Assembly (NCBI RefSeq): GCF_009914755.1
Contig: NC_060935.1
DNA: 64,000 nucleotides
Direction: 5' to 3' (one strand)
Source: the human T2T-CHM13v2.0 reference genome, Homo sapiens
Of the stretch, positions 59,486 through 64,000 are shown in pieces (the stretch's first letter is position 1; each line of letters begins with the position of its first letter). The notes beneath the pieces are model-generated. The model was not told the DNA's origin. It made no database searches and saw only the letters and a list, made by a program, of their open reading frames with translations. Position numbers and translations under genes: made by a program.

Positions 59486-61351
59486 TAGTTGTCTGCATCT
59501 TTTTCTATTTATTATTTGACTAAATTTAAGGGATGCTATCCCACAGATTGAGTATAAATGGTAAGTATTAGGTACTTCAGTCTGGACCTTGAAAGTTTTA
59601 AAAATAAGATTTTTCCTCATATATTTGCTCCCTCAAAACACATATGCTGCCATGTGCCACAGCACCATTGCATGTGCTGTTCTCTCTGCCCCAAAGACTC
59701 TTCTTTCTCTCTTATAAGCATTTTACCACGTTTTCCTCATTTCTGCACCTGGCTAATTCCCTTTCATTCTTCAAGGTTTAAACTCCACTTCCCCTGGGAG
59801 GCCTCCTCGACCCCAAGATTAATTTAAGTGTCCCCTAATATTGTCCTCTAAATCCCTCTGTCATGACACTCATCAGGCTTTTTTCCCCATTTACTTAATT
59901 ATCTGTCACTCCCTTTAAACATTACACTCCATGAAAGCCTATGACTGTCTTTTCACTCCTATATCCTTAGTGATCAGCAAAGTGCCTGGCACATAATAGG
60001 CACTGATTAATAAATATCTGTAGAAAGAATAAGTATTTGATAACTTTTTTTCTTCTAGAAAATAAAAATTCAATACTCAGCAAAGTCTAACATCTAGGCA
60101 GTAGAGTCAGACTGGAGAAAGGAGAAAAAAAGAAAATTATGTGTTCTGAAAAAGGGCAGAGGGAAATGTGACACAGTATAACATTGCTGTCCTTTATTGT
60201 ATCCCTTTACTGTATTATTGTATTTACTTCCTGAAACACATAATAATTTTCCAGGTCTTATCAATAGTAACATCCTATATTCTTACATCCCCAACACACA
60301 GACCATTTTTTTTAAAATAAGGCTATAAAAATGTCATTCACCACATTCAGGACAGTGTTGCTTTTGCCAGATTTATGGCAACTAAATAACACAGAGAGGA
60401 AATCCTGAAAGTCAGAGGTGTACTCTCCAGGCCCCACTCACTATCTTCTAAACATTTTGAACTGAATTTTACATTTTTAAGTGGATCAATTCCTCATTTC
60501 AACCCAAAGGTGCCTGTCTGTTTCTGAAATTTGCAACATCTGCTAGGGAAGTGAAGAGTGAAACGGTTTTTTTTTTTTTTTAACATCAAATAATAATAAA
60601 AAAAAAACTTTGTTGAAGGACTGTGGATTTTCAATTTGTTCCACATGAGACTATTTCAGGAAATTACCTTTTAACTGGTGCTCATCTTGTTTGTGCAATA
60701 ATGTTCCCCTGATAGGGATGGACTGTGATCTAAGAGATTTTTACATCGTAAAAATGTAAAATCTCTTCGATTTTTACATTGGGAGACTAGTTTGTCTTCC
60801 AAGGACAATATCCAGGTTTCTAGTTGTTTGCCGTCTCAAAGAGATTCTTTACCAATGTGGGAGACCAAAATTTCTCCAGTTTCTAAAGCTGGAGTCATAA
60901 TTAAGGCAAAAATTATGCCTTCCTGTGAACAAAATTTTTAGAGGATAATCTAGATAATGTAGTTTTTCATTGTTGGAACAGGGTAACGGATGGTACTAGG
61001 AGGAAATTCTCAAAAATAGGCTGTGTTAACATCTCTCACCTGTATCTGTCCTCCCATCTTCTTCTCTGCTCCTATTCTCTCCATGGACTGGAAACTCCCA
61101 CCATTTGTCATTCACTGGCTTAAAGCTCTGACTTTCTATGTTCAGTGGCGCTTTAAAAATTTAGTGGTGAGGTTTCAGGAAATGAAAGATTTCAGGTGCT
61201 CAAAGATAGGCCTAAAGGTCACATTCAGAAACCCCATCTCATGTCAAACAGAGTTTTTTGTTTTTGTTTTTGTATGTTACCAGACCACAAAATATTTCTG
61301 GAAAAAGTGTTCAGCTAATTTTTTTAAAAGACTCACTTTAAAATTCATATG

Positions 61352-61970
<619 letters not shown>

Positions 61971-62736
61971 CATGGCATCCCCAAATATAGAATTACAGTT
62001 GAATTTCCATCAACATCCCTAGGAAAACAGCTCAAAACTCAAGCTGTATACATGGTAGAGATCATTCAGGTTTTACTGAGTGTTCTATAGTGACCCAGTT
62101 CCAGAGGAAGGCAGTGACCATTGACCTGACAGAGAACTGCCAGAACTCTACTTAAAGGCAGCCAAGCAGGCAGAAATACTTCCAGTGGTAATTTCACTAC
62201 TCCTGGAGTACTAATACAAAACTGGGAACCCAAGGCTACATCAAGATCCCAAGGGAAAATGGTGCTAAATATGCTATAGATCTCAGTTTGAGTGACACTC
62301 ACTACCAATCCTTGTTCTTATTAAGGGTGGACAAATAAGGATTCATGCATTCTCTCTTTCCTTCCTCTGAACACCTAGAGCATTCCTAGTCTTGGGAGAT
62401 TTAAGTACACAGAGATTAAGAGTTTGGTTAGGAGTCACCCAAACCTGGGCTTGAATTCTAGATCTGACTGTAAATGACTTGGGAACAATAGTAGCACGTA
62501 CGTTTCCTAGGGTTACTGTAAGAATTAACTAAGGTAATATATCTCAAAAGCACAGTAAAGTACCTGGCATGAATAAGTGCTCAACAAATTTGTGCAATTA
62601 TTATTGGCCTTTTCTCCTGCATTACACGTTTTAATGTTTCTTTTCTCACTGGATACCAGGTTTTGTAAAAGGTACTTTTACACATTTATTTCATTGAATC
62701 CTATGAGCTAAGTGTTATTATTTCCATTTAACAGTT

Positions 62737-62766
62737 TGTGTGTGTGTGTGTGTGTGTGTTTGTGTG
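62737..62766 (+). repeat. (TG)n microsatellite
   Basis: Directly visible. Confidence 0.95.
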
Positions 62767-63104
62767 TTTTCTCTCTTTGACAAAACTGTAAATTAGTGTT
62801 TTCCAAACTATGCTAAAGAGAAAAACAAATTAGTTTATTTACTGCAGTACCTCTCAGAGTCATTGGTATGCTAAGGAGTATTGCTAATTTCCAGAAAAGA
62901 GTATTCCTTAACATAGTTCATGACCCAAACAGTTGTTATTCTCAGAATACAGCATGGGAAAATGTGCAATAAAGATTCACTGAATGAATGGATCCAGTTT
63001 CATGCTTTTTTTTGCATGCCCCCAGTGCGTAGCATGCTTGGGGTACAGACAAAATGTTTCATAAATTCCAGTTGCTTGATTTATACGTTAAATTACCTAT
63101 ATCT

Positions 63105-63436
<332 letters not shown>

Positions 63437-63709
63437 TCAGTGGGCCAAGATGGGGAGATGCTATCTCTTTACCTGAAAGTGAGCCCACAGTTTTAAATGT
63501 CCACAAATTAAGAATGTTTGGGATCAAATCCTGGCAAGAATATGGATCAACTGGAATACTCGAACACTCCAGACAGGATAGCAAAGTGGTGCAGCCACTT
63601 TGGAGAACAGGTTGGCAGATTCTTATAAAGTTAAATATACACTTACCATATGACCGAAGAATCCCACTCCTAGGTATTTATTTAAGATAAATAAAAAGTT
63701 ATGTTTCCA

Positions 63710-64000
<291 letters not shown>

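Overview
Primate genomic DNA, human or great ape (AluY/S/J, L1PA2-like, THE1, LTR1 and MADE1 repeats). It holds the 3' end of MAML2 (mastermind-like Notch co-activator 2) on the minus strand. Three coding exons splice in frame: 23122-22919 (204 nt), 17039-16928 (112 nt, absent from the ORF track) and 11360-10345 (terminal exon to TAA). A ~2.35 kb 3' UTR with several poly(A) signals follows. Positions 23123-64000 lie in one large intron; positions 1 to ~7990 are downstream of the gene. The rest is interspersed repeats, microsatellites and a ~745-bp (GAT/GAG/GGG) triplet array. Nearly all other ORFs in the track are repeat-derived or chance. I see no evidence of a wholly new multi-gene system. 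The most unusual structures are: a 103-bp near-perfect inverted copy of an old LTR fragment just upstream of the PPxY-encoding exon; several template-switch-like hairpins; the YCAY-dense triplet array; Pumilio elements found only in the long 3' UTR isoform; and candidate intronic enhancer motif clusters. Repeat subfamily calls come from recalled consensus sequences and their boundaries are approximate.
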